A stretch of 64,000 bases of DNA, from NCBI GenBank assembly GCA_965219385.1, contig CBDCNM010000001.1, forward strand, positions 546,631-610,630. The letters are read 5' to 3'. Numbering within the stretch: position 1 is the stretch's first letter; each line of letters starts with the position of its first letter. Origin of the DNA: Candidatus Latescibacterota bacterium. Lineage in GTDB: Bacteria > Latescibacterota > UBA2968 > UBA8231. Positions 38,605-49,900 of this stretch are shown piece after piece. The notes beneath the pieces are model-generated. The model made no database searches, was not told the origin of the DNA, and saw only the letters and a program-made list of their open reading frames with translations. Both the position numbers and the translations under genes were made by a program.

Positions 38605-41340
38605 ATGCAGCGGCTCATACTCACTCTATTTCTAGGCGCGGTTTTGCTGGGCCCTTCCGTTGGCTTCGGACAACGGCTCTACTACGACACCGGCCTGCTG
38701 CGTTTCGACCCGGCCCTTCAGTACGAGAACTACGCCCGGGAAGGCATCAAACCCTATACCGCGGGGGTGTTCTCCTCGTACAATCGCCCGCAGTTCGACG
38801 AGCTCGGCAACTTCATCATAGATGGGCGCCAGCTTTTCCACCTCGAAGAGCAGCGCGGCCAGGCCCCGCGAACCGGCAGCAGGGTGGAGAAACTGCCGGG
38901 CATCTACCAGAGCTTTACCGGGCGCCTGGTGGTGGGCTACGACAGCTACCGGACCTGGTCGAGCCGCCTGATTGTCGGCGACCGGATCCGCACCAAGTTC
39001 ACCTCCCTGACCCTCGACATGGTGTCCCTGAACGGGATTCGCTGGGACTGGGACATGAACAAAACCCTGGCGACCTTTGTCACCTCCCGGGTGGACTGGC
39101 CCAACTACAGCGATCGCGACAACGATCTGGACGACAAGGGGCTGAACCGGGACCAGAGATGGGCCACCTACCTCATAGGGGGGCATGTCGAGCGCCGCTT
39201 CGGTGCCCTGAGGATCGGGGGCACCTACGTGAACCAGCACCGGGTGAACAGCCTGGTCAACTGGGGCGACAACAACCTGAAGGGGGTACAGCCGACCGGT
39301 CGTAGTCTGCTGGACGACACCCGGACCATCCAGGGTGGGCCCCCGTTTATGGTCGTTGTCAAGTTCAGCGACGGCACGGATCTGGACGGCAGCGGGGCCA
39401 GGGTCTTCGATGTGCGGATCGAGGGCGACCTGGAGCATGTCCGGCCGGTCATCACCCGGCACGATGCCGATGATCCACCACCGCTGGGCAATCCGAACCG
39501 GGACGGCGCCTACCTGCCCGGTAGAACCGTACCGCCCTTCGTCCAGTTCCTCAGAGGGGAATTCCCCCAGATGCGGCCGGAGGATCAGGAGTTCTTCGAA
39601 GCCAATGGAACCGAGTTTCTCCTCTACTGGTTCGAGATCCCCCACGATCAGAGGAGGGGCATCGAGACCCTCCAGTTCAAGGCCCTGGTGGCCAACGACT
39701 ACCACATCAGCGTCGCCGATGTCTTTCGCCCGGCCGTCACCAGCGAGAACAGCACGGGCCTGACCGAGGAACGGGTGACCTTTTTCCGCAATATGTTGGA
39801 CGCAAGCGGCAATGTGCAGGACCTGTCCAACCTGGAATGGGTCGAATTTGAATACGGCCGGCCGACCGGCCGGACCATCGCCAGTTTGCGGGTCGACTTC
39901 GAAAGCAAGGGCTTCCAGTTGAGGTCCGAATTCGCCCGCTCCTACCACTTTCTGCAGTACCCGAGTTCCGGTGGCCTCAAGGAGTGGCAGACCGAGAAGA
40001 GCAATGGTTACTTTGTGAATTTAAAAAAGCGGTTCCGCGATTTGGTTCTGGGGGCTGAATACTTCAGCATGGACCCCAGGTACAGCACGGTGCTGACGGT
40101 TCAGGGCGGCGCCTACGGGAACTATACCGACCACAGGAACGCTCCTTTTTCGATCGCGCCTAGCTTTGGGGGGCGCTATAACTGGACCCTGGATCTGTCG
40201 ACCGTGGATGACAACGACGACAAGGATCGGCGGCCGGATTTCCACTTCCTGCAGGGGAATGATCGCCCCTCCCCCTTCAGCGGCGAGTTCGGCGACGACA
40301 ACGGCATCTTCCCGGGGCTGGATGTGGACCAGGACGGCCGCAGCGATACCAACGCGAACGACAACGGGGTACCCGACTACCAGGAAGCCTTCTTCCTCTA
40401 CAACGTAGACCCGCCCGAATACGACTACGGAGAGGATCTGAACAACAACAATTTCATGGACCACAGGGAGGACGACAGGGATCCGGACTACCCCTACGAG
40501 GTTGACCAGAAAGGCTATCATCTCTTCGTCGATATCTATCCCCACCCAAAGGCGGAACTCACCCTGGGGCACTACGATACCCGGCAGATCTGGGGGGGGG
40601 GGGAGAGTCGTTCCACGTATGGGGAACTGCGCTACCAGCATTCCCTCTATCCCTATGCGGTTATAGACTTTGCCGACAAACTCAAGCGGGTCAAAGACGA
40701 CATCAGAGACGACTACGCCCAGTTCACTACCGCCGTCATAGATATAGAAGATGAATTGTGGATGAGAGACAGTGTGGTGAATATCGCCTATATCGACGCC
40801 ACCTTCCTCAAGATCAACAATCTCAAGATCAACAATCGCCTCAAGTACACCACCAACTTTCAGAGATCCACCTCCTTCCAGGAAGAGGACTTGATCGAAG
40901 AGTGGGCCTGGGTGTTGCGGGGCAATTACACCTGGAGATGGGGCTCCCTGAGCATCGTGCCCCAGTTCAAGTACATGGCCTTTGAGAGGGAGGACAGGGA
41001 GGACCGGCTGCGTCCGATTTCCGAGCGCTTCTTCTACCCGATGCTGCTGGTGGGCTTTGTCCTGACGCCAAATTCAGACCTCCATTTGGGCCTTCAGGGA
41101 TTTCCCTTCCTGCAGAGCACCTTCCGCGACAAGGTCAATGATCGGCAGGACTTCGACAGCGAGGATTACGTGATCCAGCTGGTCAATCGTTCGGATTACA
41201 ACGGCCATCACCTCAGTCTCAACTTGGGGTATCAGAAGGAGGTGAAGGAGCCCAAGGACCAAACCCGCACCTTCGACGACATTGATCGCTCCTTTTTGTT
41301 CATCCGCCTGATCATGGGCCTGGAGCCTTTTGAAGGATGA
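38605..41340 (+). CDS. Large secreted, putative outer-membrane protein (paralog 2 of 4)
   Basis: FTSLTL...NGIRWD; VDDNDDKD; IFPGLDVDQDG; DLNNNNFMD; internal G12 tract. Confidence 0.65.
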   Translation: MQRLILTLFLGAVLLGPSVGFGQRLYYDTGLLRFDPALQYENYAREGIKPYTAGVFSSYNRPQFDELGNFIIDGRQLFHLEEQRGQAPRTGSRVEKLPGIYQSFTGRLVVGYDSYRTWSSRLIVGDRIRTKFTSLTLDMVSLNGIRWDWDMNKTLATFVTSRVDWPNYSDRDNDLDDKGLNRDQRWATYLIGGHVERRFGALRIGGTYVNQHRVNSLVNWGDNNLKGVQPTGRSLLDDTRTIQGGPPFMVVVKFSDGTDLDGSGARVFDVRIEGDLEHVRPVITRHDADDPPPLGNPNRDGAYLPGRTVPPFVQFLRGEFPQMRPEDQEFFEANGTEFLLYWFEIPHDQRRGIETLQFKALVANDYHISVADVFRPAVTSENSTGLTEERVTFFRNMLDASGNVQDLSNLEWVEFEYGRPTGRTIASLRVDFESKGFQLRSEFARSYHFLQYPSSGGLKEWQTEKSNGYFVNLKKRFRDLVLGAEYFSMDPRYSTVLTVQGGAYGNYTDHRNAPFSIAPSFGGRYNWTLDLSTVDDNDDKDRRPDFHFLQGNDRPSPFSGEFGDDNGIFPGLDVDQDGRSDTNANDNGVPDYQEAFFLYNVDPPEYDYGEDLNNNNFMDHREDDRDPDYPYEVDQKGYHLFVDIYPHPKAELTLGHYDTRQIWGGGESRSTYGELRYQHSLYPYAVIDFADKLKRVKDDIRDDYAQFTTAVIDIEDELWMRDSVVNIAYIDATFLKINNLKINNRLKYTTNFQRSTSFQEEDLIEEWAWVLRGNYTWRWGSLSIVPQFKYMAFEREDREDRLRPISERFFYPMLLVGFVLTPNSDLHLGLQGFPFLQSTFRDKVNDRQDFDSEDYVIQLVNRSDYNGHHLSLNLGYQKEVKEPKDQTRTFDDIDRSFLFIRLIMGLEPFEG

Positions 41341-44126
41341 TCTACTCGCTGGAAAAATACTTTATTCTGGGTCTGTTTTTTCTCGTGGCTGTGCGGAGCG
41401 GGACCCGGGCGCAGAGCGCCCCCAAGATCGAGGTTCCCTACACTACGCCGGGCCAGAACTTTGTCTACCGCTCCGGCAGGTCCTACGACAATCGCGCCTT
41501 TGAGGACTGGCTCTACCCGGACATCCTGGCCCGGGGGCCCTATCGGAACTACTATGGCCCTATGGGGGATCATATATTCCGGGGCTTTGACGTTTTTTCG
41601 TGGCGCGAGACCCGCACCACCGAACATCCAGGGGATGTGGACGGGAGCGAACTGTCCAAATTCAGAGACCGATTCAGGATCTTCGACCAGACCGTGGTGG
41701 TGTCGGAGATCCACCTGGACTGGGCCGCCAGGCTGCTCATATCCGAGGAGTTCCCCAACAGCTTTACCCCGCTCACCTTGAAGATATCGGATTTCAACGG
41801 GGCGCGTATGGATGTCCAGACCCGGCGGGCGAAATTCTCCCTCATGGGCGCGCGTTTCAGCGAACCAGTGTGGTCGGCATCCCTCGAAAGGTTTACCGTC
41901 GAAGAACAGGCGGGCTGGCGCGACACAGACCTGTTGTTCGGCGGGCATGGGGAGGTGCAGATCGGGGCCTTAACCCTGGGGGCGACCGGGATCAACTACC
42001 ACCTCTTCGACAGCCGCCAGCCCCTCTTCGAGCTGAAGGGACAGGTGCAGTCCACCCAGCCCCTGCCCATCTGGGTGGTGGCGCGCTTTGCCGACGACTC
42101 GCCCGAGGACCAGCGCGGCGGGGCCGTGGTTTCGGAGGTGCGGCTGCGGATCAACGGCGAGCCGCGGCCCGACTTGCAGCCGTTTTTCGTGCGCATCAAC
42201 ACCCGCAACCCCACCGCGGTGGGCCGGACCAGTCGCATAACCGGTGTGTTCACCCCAACTAGATATCCGGACCAGGACACCCGCTTTGCCGATGTGTTCT
42301 ACCTGATAGATCACCTGCAGGGCGAGGATGTGGGTCGCTCTGTCAATGTAGAGTTGTTGGAGCGCTTTACCGAGGTGCTGCCGGCGGCTGCGGCCAAGCG
42401 GGCGGACGGGGAGCACGTGGTGCTGGCTTACTTTGATCTGTCGGAGGAGGCCTACGTGCAGTCGGTGCAGGTGGAGGCCCTGGTGGGCAATGATTACAAG
42501 ATGGATGTGAAGGGGATCTACCAGTCCAAGACGCGGGGGAATTACGAAGATTTCTTTGCGGTGGAGACGCTCTCGGGGGTGCGCAGATCCAAGGGCAATG
42601 TGCAGGATCAGGCGAACCTGGATTGGGTGCGTCTGGATTCGGGGGTGTTCACCGGGCGCACGACTCTGGGTTTGAATGGCAAGTGGGAGGTACCGGGGGC
42701 GCGGGTGCAATGGGAGTATGCCCGCGGCGTGGCGTTCAGGCAGTATCCGGATGGCCAGCCGGAGTTCAGGAGCACGAGGGACCGGGAGGGACTGCGCCTC
42801 TGGAAAGGCTTGCGCTCGGACCGCTCGGACGAGGCTTACTACCTGACGGCCCAATGGCGTCGCGGCTGGTTGGAGGCGGGTGGCGAGGTGTTTTCGATTG
42901 GACCGCATTTCGACCACGGCTTTGTCGAGGACAACGACGACCACGACCGCTGGCCCGACAATGCGGATGTCAGCGATCGGGGCGGAATCCACCTGGGGGA
43001 TCCAGGGGGGGACCCGGACGGGGTGTTCCCGGGCAAGGACCAGGACAACGACGGGGTGCCCGACACCAACCGCAACGGCAACGACATCCCCGACTACGAC
43101 GAGGCGTTTCTGCTCTTCGAGGTGGAGCCGGACGAATACGTGTACGGGCGCGACTGGAACCACAACGGGGTGGTTGACCACCGGGAAAACGACTTCCGGC
43201 CCGACTACCCCTATACTCCGGACCAGCGGGGCTATCACCTGTTCGGGCGCTGGCACCTGCCGGGCGGGCTGGCCTTGGGGTTGGGCCAACAGCGGGCCAA
43301 CGGCATTGCCTTTGGAGGGCACAACAACAGCACCTATACCTACCTCACCTTTGAGGCGGAGCGATCTTACTGGGGCCGGGTGTTCGCCGAGACCCTGATC
43401 CAGCGGGTCGAGGACGACATCGAGGATACCTACCAGACCTACGAAGAGGTGCTGCGCAGCGCCGAGGCCGCGGGTCGGGGCTTCTCGCCTATGGGTGGGC
43501 TCTACTATCGCAGCGTCGCCGTGAGGGATCCGCTGGACTATCGCGACAGCATGGACTGGCAGTATTACGTGGAGGGGGAGTGGACCCCGATTCTGGGGGT
43601 GCGGCTGGCGGGCAATGCGCGCTACGAACTCAACCGCCAGCGGGAGGTGATTTTTGCCGACGGGACCGGGCAGGGGGCCGATCGCTTGAAGCTGACCACG
43701 AGCGTGCTCAAGGCCGAATACGTGTGGACGCCGGCCACTCGCTGGCAGATAACCGGTCAATGGAAGGGGTTGTGGCTGCGTCGGATCCGGGAGAGCGCCT
43801 CGGTGCCGCTGGTGGACTTGTGGACCTCGATCCCTTTTTTCAAGGTGCGCTATGATATTACGGCTCGGACCTCGTTCCAGTTGGGGTTCCAGGGTTTGCC
43901 GGGCCTGCCGCTGAAGGAGCGGGATCTGGCCGACCGGCGCAACGACATGGAGGAGGAGGTGCGGGCAGTGCAGTTGAGCAATCGCTCGCCGTATTTCGGC
44001 TATCAGATTTCCATGAACCTGGGGATGCGGGTGTTCCGGCGACGCTTCGACGACCCCGACAGGAGCGCGGATGAAGAGGATGTTACGTCCGCTTTCATGC
44101 GCGTCTTCCTGGGTTGGGATGAATAG
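41337..44126 (+). CDS. Large secreted, putative outer-membrane protein (paralog 3 of 4)
   Basis: ATGA overlap; FTPLTL...NGARMD; EDNDDHD; FPGKDQDNDG; DWNHNGVVD; ends AFMRVFLGWDE. Confidence 0.65.
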   Translation: MIYSLEKYFILGLFFLVAVRSGTRAQSAPKIEVPYTTPGQNFVYRSGRSYDNRAFEDWLYPDILARGPYRNYYGPMGDHIFRGFDVFSWRETRTTEHPGDVDGSELSKFRDRFRIFDQTVVVSEIHLDWAARLLISEEFPNSFTPLTLKISDFNGARMDVQTRRAKFSLMGARFSEPVWSASLERFTVEEQAGWRDTDLLFGGHGEVQIGALTLGATGINYHLFDSRQPLFELKGQVQSTQPLPIWVVARFADDSPEDQRGGAVVSEVRLRINGEPRPDLQPFFVRINTRNPTAVGRTSRITGVFTPTRYPDQDTRFADVFYLIDHLQGEDVGRSVNVELLERFTEVLPAAAAKRADGEHVVLAYFDLSEEAYVQSVQVEALVGNDYKMDVKGIYQSKTRGNYEDFFAVETLSGVRRSKGNVQDQANLDWVRLDSGVFTGRTTLGLNGKWEVPGARVQWEYARGVAFRQYPDGQPEFRSTRDREGLRLWKGLRSDRSDEAYYLTAQWRRGWLEAGGEVFSIGPHFDHGFVEDNDDHDRWPDNADVSDRGGIHLGDPGGDPDGVFPGKDQDNDGVPDTNRNGNDIPDYDEAFLLFEVEPDEYVYGRDWNHNGVVDHRENDFRPDYPYTPDQRGYHLFGRWHLPGGLALGLGQQRANGIAFGGHNNSTYTYLTFEAERSYWGRVFAETLIQRVEDDIEDTYQTYEEVLRSAEAAGRGFSPMGGLYYRSVAVRDPLDYRDSMDWQYYVEGEWTPILGVRLAGNARYELNRQREVIFADGTGQGADRLKLTTSVLKAEYVWTPATRWQITGQWKGLWLRRIRESASVPLVDLWTSIPFFKVRYDITARTSFQLGFQGLPGLPLKERDLADRRNDMEEEVRAVQLSNRSPYFGYQISMNLGMRVFRRRFDDPDRSADEEDVTSAFMRVFLGWDE

Positions 44127-44153
44127 GGTGGACTTGGGAAACACCGGAGAGCA

Positions 44154-46952
44154 ATGAAGCGTAGAATGCATAAATATTTCATTTTGAGCCTGGCGTTTTT
44201 GCCGCTCCTGGCGCAGGAGGCAGGGCCCCAGGAAACCTCGAGTGGTGCGGAACTGGGCATAACCCAGCTCATGCCCAGCCATGACTTTCTCTACCGCTCC
44301 GGCAGGTCCTACGACAATCGCGCCTTCGAAGACTGGCTCTACCCGGACATCCTCACCCGGGGCCCCTACCAGAATTACTACGGTCCCCTGGGGGATTACG
44401 TGTTCCGGGGCTTTGATGTGTTTTCGTGGCACGAAACCCGCACCACCGAGAACAGGGGAAACGTCGAGGGCAGCCAGCTCATCAAGACCGGCAATTATCG
44501 CTCTGTCTTCGACGCCAATCTGGTGGCCTCGGAGACCCACCTGAACTGGGCCGCCAGGTTGCTCATGGCCAACGAAATCCCCACCGGGCTGACCCCATTG
44601 ACCATGTCGCTGGCGGGTTTCAACGGGATGCGGCTGGACATCCAGACCCGACGCCTAAACCTCTCTTTCCTGGGCTCGCGTCCCACCGACCCGGTGACCA
44701 GGGAGCTCCAGCAGGGGGCCTACGACAGCCAGTGGCGCAAGCGCAACTCGGATCTTCTGTTCGGCGGGCACGGGGAGGTGCAGATCGGGGCCTTGACCCT
44801 GGGGGCGACCGGGATCAACTACCACCTCTTCGACAGCCGCCAGCCCCTCTTCGAGCTGAAGGGACAGGTGCAAGCCACCCAGCCCCTGCCCAAATGGGTG
44901 GTGGCGCGTTTTGCCGACGACTCGCCCGAGGACCAGCGCGGCGGGGCCGTGGTCTCAGAGGTGCGGCTGCGGGTCAACGGCGAGCCGCGGCCCGACTTGC
45001 AGCCGTTTTTCGTGCGCATCAACATCCGCAACCCCACCGCGGTGGGCCGGACCAGTCGCATAACCGGTGTGTTCACCCCAACTAGATATCCGGACCAGGA
45101 CACCCGCTTTGCCGATGTGTTCTACCTGATGGATCACCTGCGGGGCGAGGATGTGGGTCGCTCTGTCAATGTAGAGTTGTTGGAGCGCTTTACCGAGGTG
45201 CTGCCGGCGGCTGCGGCCAAGCGGGCGGACGGGGAGCACATGGTGCTGGCTTACTTTGATCTGTCGGAGGAGGCCTACGTGCAGTCGGTGCAGGTGGAGG
45301 CCCTGGTGGGCAATGATTACAAGATGGATGTGAAGGGGATCTACCAGTCCAAGACGCGGGGGAATTACGAAGATTTCTTTGCGGTGGAGACGCTCTCGGG
45401 GGTGCGCAGATCCAAGGGCAATGTGCAGGATCAGGCGAACCTGGATTGGGTGCGTCTGGATTCGGGGGTGTTCACCGGGCGCACGACTCTGGGTTTGAAT
45501 GGCAAGTGGGAAGTACCGGGGGCGCGGGTGCAATGGGAGTATGCCCGCGGCGTGGCGTTCAGGCAGTATCCGGATGGCCAGCCGGAGTTCAGGAGTGTGG
45601 GGGAAACGGATGGGATACGCACCTGGAAAGGCTTGCGCTCGGACCGCTCGGACGAGGCTTACTACCTGACGGCCCAATGGCGTCGCGGCTGGTTGGAGGC
45701 GGGTGGCGAGGTGTTTTCGATCGGACCGGACTACGAAGATCCAATATTGATGGAGGACAACGACGACCACGATCGCTGGCCCGATGGCCTAGCTCGCGCC
45801 ACCGATGTCGGAACCATGCTGGGGGATCCGGGGGCGGATCCGGACGGGATATTCCCGGGCAAGGACCAGGACAACGACGGGGTGCCCGACACCAACCGCA
45901 ACGGCAACGACATCCCCGACTACGACGAGGCGTTTCTGCTCTTCGAGGTGGAGCCGGACGAATACGTGTACGGGCGCGATTGGAACCACAACGGGGTGGT
46001 TGACCACCGGGAAAACGACTTCCGGCTCGACTACCCCTATACTCCGGACCAGCGGGGCTATCACCTGTTCGGGCGCTGGCACCTGCCGGGCGGGCTGGCC
46101 TTGGGCCTGGGACAACAGCGGGCTCGCGGCATTGCCTTTGGAGGGCACAACCACAGCACCTACACCTACCTCACCTTTGAGGCGGAGCGATCTTACTGGG
46201 GCCGGGTGTTCGCCGAGACCCTGATCCAACGGGTCGAGGACGACATCGAGGATACCTACCAGACCTACGAAGAGGTGCTGCGCAGCGCCGAGGCCGCCAA
46301 CCGGGGCTTTGCTCCTCGAGGCGGGGTGTACTACATCAGCAGGGCGGTAAAGGATCCGCTGGACTATCGTGACAGCATGGACTGGCAGTATTACGTGGAG
46401 GGGGAGTGGACCCCGATTCTGGGGGTGCGGCTGGCGGGCAATGCGCGCTACGAACTCAACCGCCAGCGGGAGGTGATTTTTGCCGACGGGACCGGGCAGG
46501 GGGCCGATCGCTTGAAGCTGACCACGAGCGTGCTCAAGGCCGAATACGTGTGGACGCCGGCCACTCGCTGGCAGATAACCGGTCAGTGGAAGGGGTTGTG
46601 GCTGCGTCGGATCCGGGAGAGCGCCTCGGTGCCGCTGGTGGACTTGTGGACCTCGATCCCTTTTTTCAAGGTGCGCTATGATATTACGGCTCGGACCTCG
46701 TTCCAGTTGGGGTTCCAGGGTTTGCCGGGCCTGCCGCTGAAGGAGCGGGATCTGGCCGACCGGCGCAACGACATGGAGGAGGAGGTAAGGGTGATACAGT
46801 TGAGCAACCACTCGCCGTATTTCGGTTATCAGATTTCCATGAACCTGGGGATGCGGGTGTTCCGGCGACGCTTCGACGACCCCGACAGGAGCGCGGATGA
46901 AGAGGATGTTACGTCCGCTTTCATGCGCGTCTTCCTGGGTTGGGATGAATAA
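44154..46952 (+). CDS. Large secreted, putative outer-membrane protein (paralog 4 of 4; near-duplicate of paralog 3)
   Basis: Long blocks identical in DNA to 41337-44126, separated by divergent patches. Confidence 0.65.
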   Translation: MKRRMHKYFILSLAFLPLLAQEAGPQETSSGAELGITQLMPSHDFLYRSGRSYDNRAFEDWLYPDILTRGPYQNYYGPLGDYVFRGFDVFSWHETRTTENRGNVEGSQLIKTGNYRSVFDANLVASETHLNWAARLLMANEIPTGLTPLTMSLAGFNGMRLDIQTRRLNLSFLGSRPTDPVTRELQQGAYDSQWRKRNSDLLFGGHGEVQIGALTLGATGINYHLFDSRQPLFELKGQVQATQPLPKWVVARFADDSPEDQRGGAVVSEVRLRVNGEPRPDLQPFFVRINIRNPTAVGRTSRITGVFTPTRYPDQDTRFADVFYLMDHLRGEDVGRSVNVELLERFTEVLPAAAAKRADGEHMVLAYFDLSEEAYVQSVQVEALVGNDYKMDVKGIYQSKTRGNYEDFFAVETLSGVRRSKGNVQDQANLDWVRLDSGVFTGRTTLGLNGKWEVPGARVQWEYARGVAFRQYPDGQPEFRSVGETDGIRTWKGLRSDRSDEAYYLTAQWRRGWLEAGGEVFSIGPDYEDPILMEDNDDHDRWPDGLARATDVGTMLGDPGADPDGIFPGKDQDNDGVPDTNRNGNDIPDYDEAFLLFEVEPDEYVYGRDWNHNGVVDHRENDFRLDYPYTPDQRGYHLFGRWHLPGGLALGLGQQRARGIAFGGHNHSTYTYLTFEAERSYWGRVFAETLIQRVEDDIEDTYQTYEEVLRSAEAANRGFAPRGGVYYISRAVKDPLDYRDSMDWQYYVEGEWTPILGVRLAGNARYELNRQREVIFADGTGQGADRLKLTTSVLKAEYVWTPATRWQITGQWKGLWLRRIRESASVPLVDLWTSIPFFKVRYDITARTSFQLGFQGLPGLPLKERDLADRRNDMEEEVRVIQLSNHSPYFGYQISMNLGMRVFRRRFDDPDRSADEEDVTSAFMRVFLGWDE

Positions 46953-46964
46953 GGTGGACGAGCT

Positions 46965-49900
46965 ATGATCACAGCACTGGTTTCTCTGTCCCTGCTCACG
47001 GCGATGATCGTCGCCACCCAGTCCGTGCCCACGGCCGGGGAGCTGCAGGCCTCCTTCAGCCAGGGCCAGAAGTTCTATGCTTCCGGGGCCTACGACCAGG
47101 CAATCGAGAGCTATCAGCACGTCGTCAAGAGCAGCAGCAAATACCTGCAAATGGATTCGGTGCGGGTGGCGGTCGGGGAAATCGATGCGCCTTTGCAGGA
47201 GGTGGCGCCGTATCAGATCGGCAATTCCTACCTCAAAATGGCCGAGGAGGCCCAGGGTAGGGCTGCCAAGACGCGGATTGCCGACCAGCGCGAGGCCTAC
47301 CTGGCCGAGGCGCGTCAGCTTCTCGAGAAGGCCGCTGCTTTTTTTATCAAGGCCGAGGAAGGGGCCTCTTCCACCGCCCTGCAGGCCCTGGCCCGGAGTC
47401 AGGCCGTGGTCTGCTGGTACAAGATGAAGGATTACGAACGCACCATCGAAGGGGCCCGGCTCTTGCTGGAGCGCTATCCGGAGAGCAAGCAGGCCGAGAA
47501 GGCCATGTACGATATTGGCTGGGCCTACTACGACATGGAGGACTATCCCAGCAGCATCGAGGCGTTCAAAGCCCTGGTCGAGCGTTTTGGTACGGGCTAT
47601 CGTTCGAATCGAGCCCTGTTTCAGCTCGGCGAAGCTCATTTCAAATTAGAGCGCTATCCCGAAGCCGTGCCTTATTATCAGCGCCTGGTGGATCAGCAGC
47701 GCATCGGGCAGATGTCGGAGCGGGAAATCCTGCTGATGAAGCGCGAGAAGCTGGCGGGACTGGTGGATGAAACCGCTCTTGAAATCGCGGCAAAGTCCCT
47801 GATCCGGATCGGGGTATGCTACGAGAAAATCGGGGAGTACGACAAGGCGGCGGAGGCCTTTGAGGTGGTGGCCCGCGAGTTTGCCGACGAGCGCCGTCTG
47901 GCCGAGGAGGCCTACCTGCGCGAGGCCGATATGTACTACAACCGCGGCGACTTCGATGCCACCATCGCCGTGTTTTACCGCGCTATCGAAGCCGCTGGGG
48001 ATCCCTTTGCCAAGGCCAGGATGCAGCTCCTGCTGGCCAATCGCTACTTTGAGACCGACCACTTCCCGGATGCCGTGCGGGAGTACGATCTCTACCGCAG
48101 CGCCTATGGCGAAAGGGCCGAGCAGGTAGGGCTTGCCGTCGACGGGGTGGGATTGCAGATCGCCCGCGCCTGGCTGGGCGAAGCGCGAAAGCTCTCCGGA
48201 GACGAGGCCATCGAGACCTACCACCGCGCCGAACTTGAGCTGCGGGGCACTCTGGCGCTCTTCCCGTACTCGAGCTATGCCATCGAGTTGAAATTCAACC
48301 TCGGCCTCGTCCTGCAGCAGCAGGGGGGTGAAAAGCGCACCCAGCAGGCCCTGGAGTTCTTCGAAGAGGTGGCCCAGGCGCCCGAGGCCGGGGGCTATCG
48401 GCAGAGTGCTCTCTTCCAGATAGCTCGAATCCATCACGGTCGGCAGGACCACGAAAAGGCCATAACCGCCTACCACGAGGTCATCGCCGAACTGGGCGAC
48501 AAGCCAGAGGCCCATATCGCCCGCTTTGAACTCGGGATCGTCGAGCGCGACCAGGAGGATTGGCCGACGGCGGTCGAGGAGTTTCTCAAGGTTGGTTCCG
48601 CCTCCCCCTTGTTTTCCCGTTCCCGCCTGGAAGCCGGTCAACTCCTCGTCAGGCACGGCGAGCTCGAAAAGGCGATTGAAGTGCTGGAAGAAGGTATGGG
48701 GGGCGAAGCCTCTTCCGAGTCCATGGCCCTTTTCAACTATCTCCTGGGGGCGGCGCACTCGCAGCTGGGGGATCAGGAAGGCGCCCTGCCCTACTTTGCC
48801 GCGGCCCTCAAGGGTGCGGGTCCAGCCTTTGCCGAGCGACCGGCATACGGGCGGGGCGTAGCTCTGTACAAGCTCGGCCGCTACCAAGAGGCCATCCGCG
48901 ACCTCGAGCGGATGTGGAGCGATCCGGCCCTGGCCGCGTCCGCTCCCCGGCTCCTGGCTGCGGCCTACACTTCCGTCGGCCAGATCGACGGCGCCCTCCA
49001 GACCTATCAGAAATTGATGCTGGCTACCGAAACCCCGGTCGAGAGCGCCGAATATCTGCTCGCCCAGGCGGAAATCTCGTATCGGCAGGGGCTCTACAAA
49101 AAGGTGATCTCCTTGAGCGAGGAACTCATGCAGCTGGCCTTTGACGAGCCCACCCTCCCGGAAGGACGGCCCTACTTCATCCGGGAAAAGGCCTTCTGGC
49201 TGGTGGCTGATGCCAGTCTGCGGCTCGAAAACCGCGAACGGGTGATCGCCCAAGCCGCCGCCGGGTTTGCCGCTTTTCCGCACGGCTATTACGCCCCGGA
49301 TTTCCTCTTCTTCGGAGGGCTCGCCGCGCTCCAACTGGAGCGTCACGAAGAAGCAGCGACCAAACTCAACCAGTTGCTCGAACGCTATCCGACCCACTCC
49401 CTGGTGGGGGATGCGCTCTATTACCTTGGCTACGCCTACTTCTACCAGACCTTTTTCAAAAAGGCAATACCCATCTTTACCCGGGTGGTCGAGGACTTTC
49501 CCCGTCTCAGTTCGGCTTCCGACGCCCTCTTCCGCATTGCCGAATGCCGTTTCAACCTGGGGCTTTTCGAGGAAGCGGAGCAGGACTACCGGAAGGTCAT
49601 CGACCGCTACCCCAACAGCCCTCTCAGGGAGGATGCCACCTACAACTTGGCCTGGTGTTTGATGGAGTCCGCAACCATAGAGGAAGGGGGAGAACAAGCC
49701 GCGAAGGTCGTGGAAGCGTTTAATACCTACCTGAAACGCTTCCCAAAAGGGCGCCACGCGGAGACCGCCCGCTACACCCTGGCCGAAATAAGCTTCAACC
49801 AGGGAGAGCTGGAGCGGGCCTACGAGCTCTTCAACCAGATTCCCGAGGAATTCCCCGGTTCCACAGCGGCCAAAGAAGCCCAAGCGGTTCTGCCCGAGTT

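Noticed and set aside
41337..46952. Possible diversity-generating retroelement (TR/VR) behind the near-identical repeats
   Set aside because: No reverse transcriptase in the window, both copies are full genes, and the differences are not adenine-specific.
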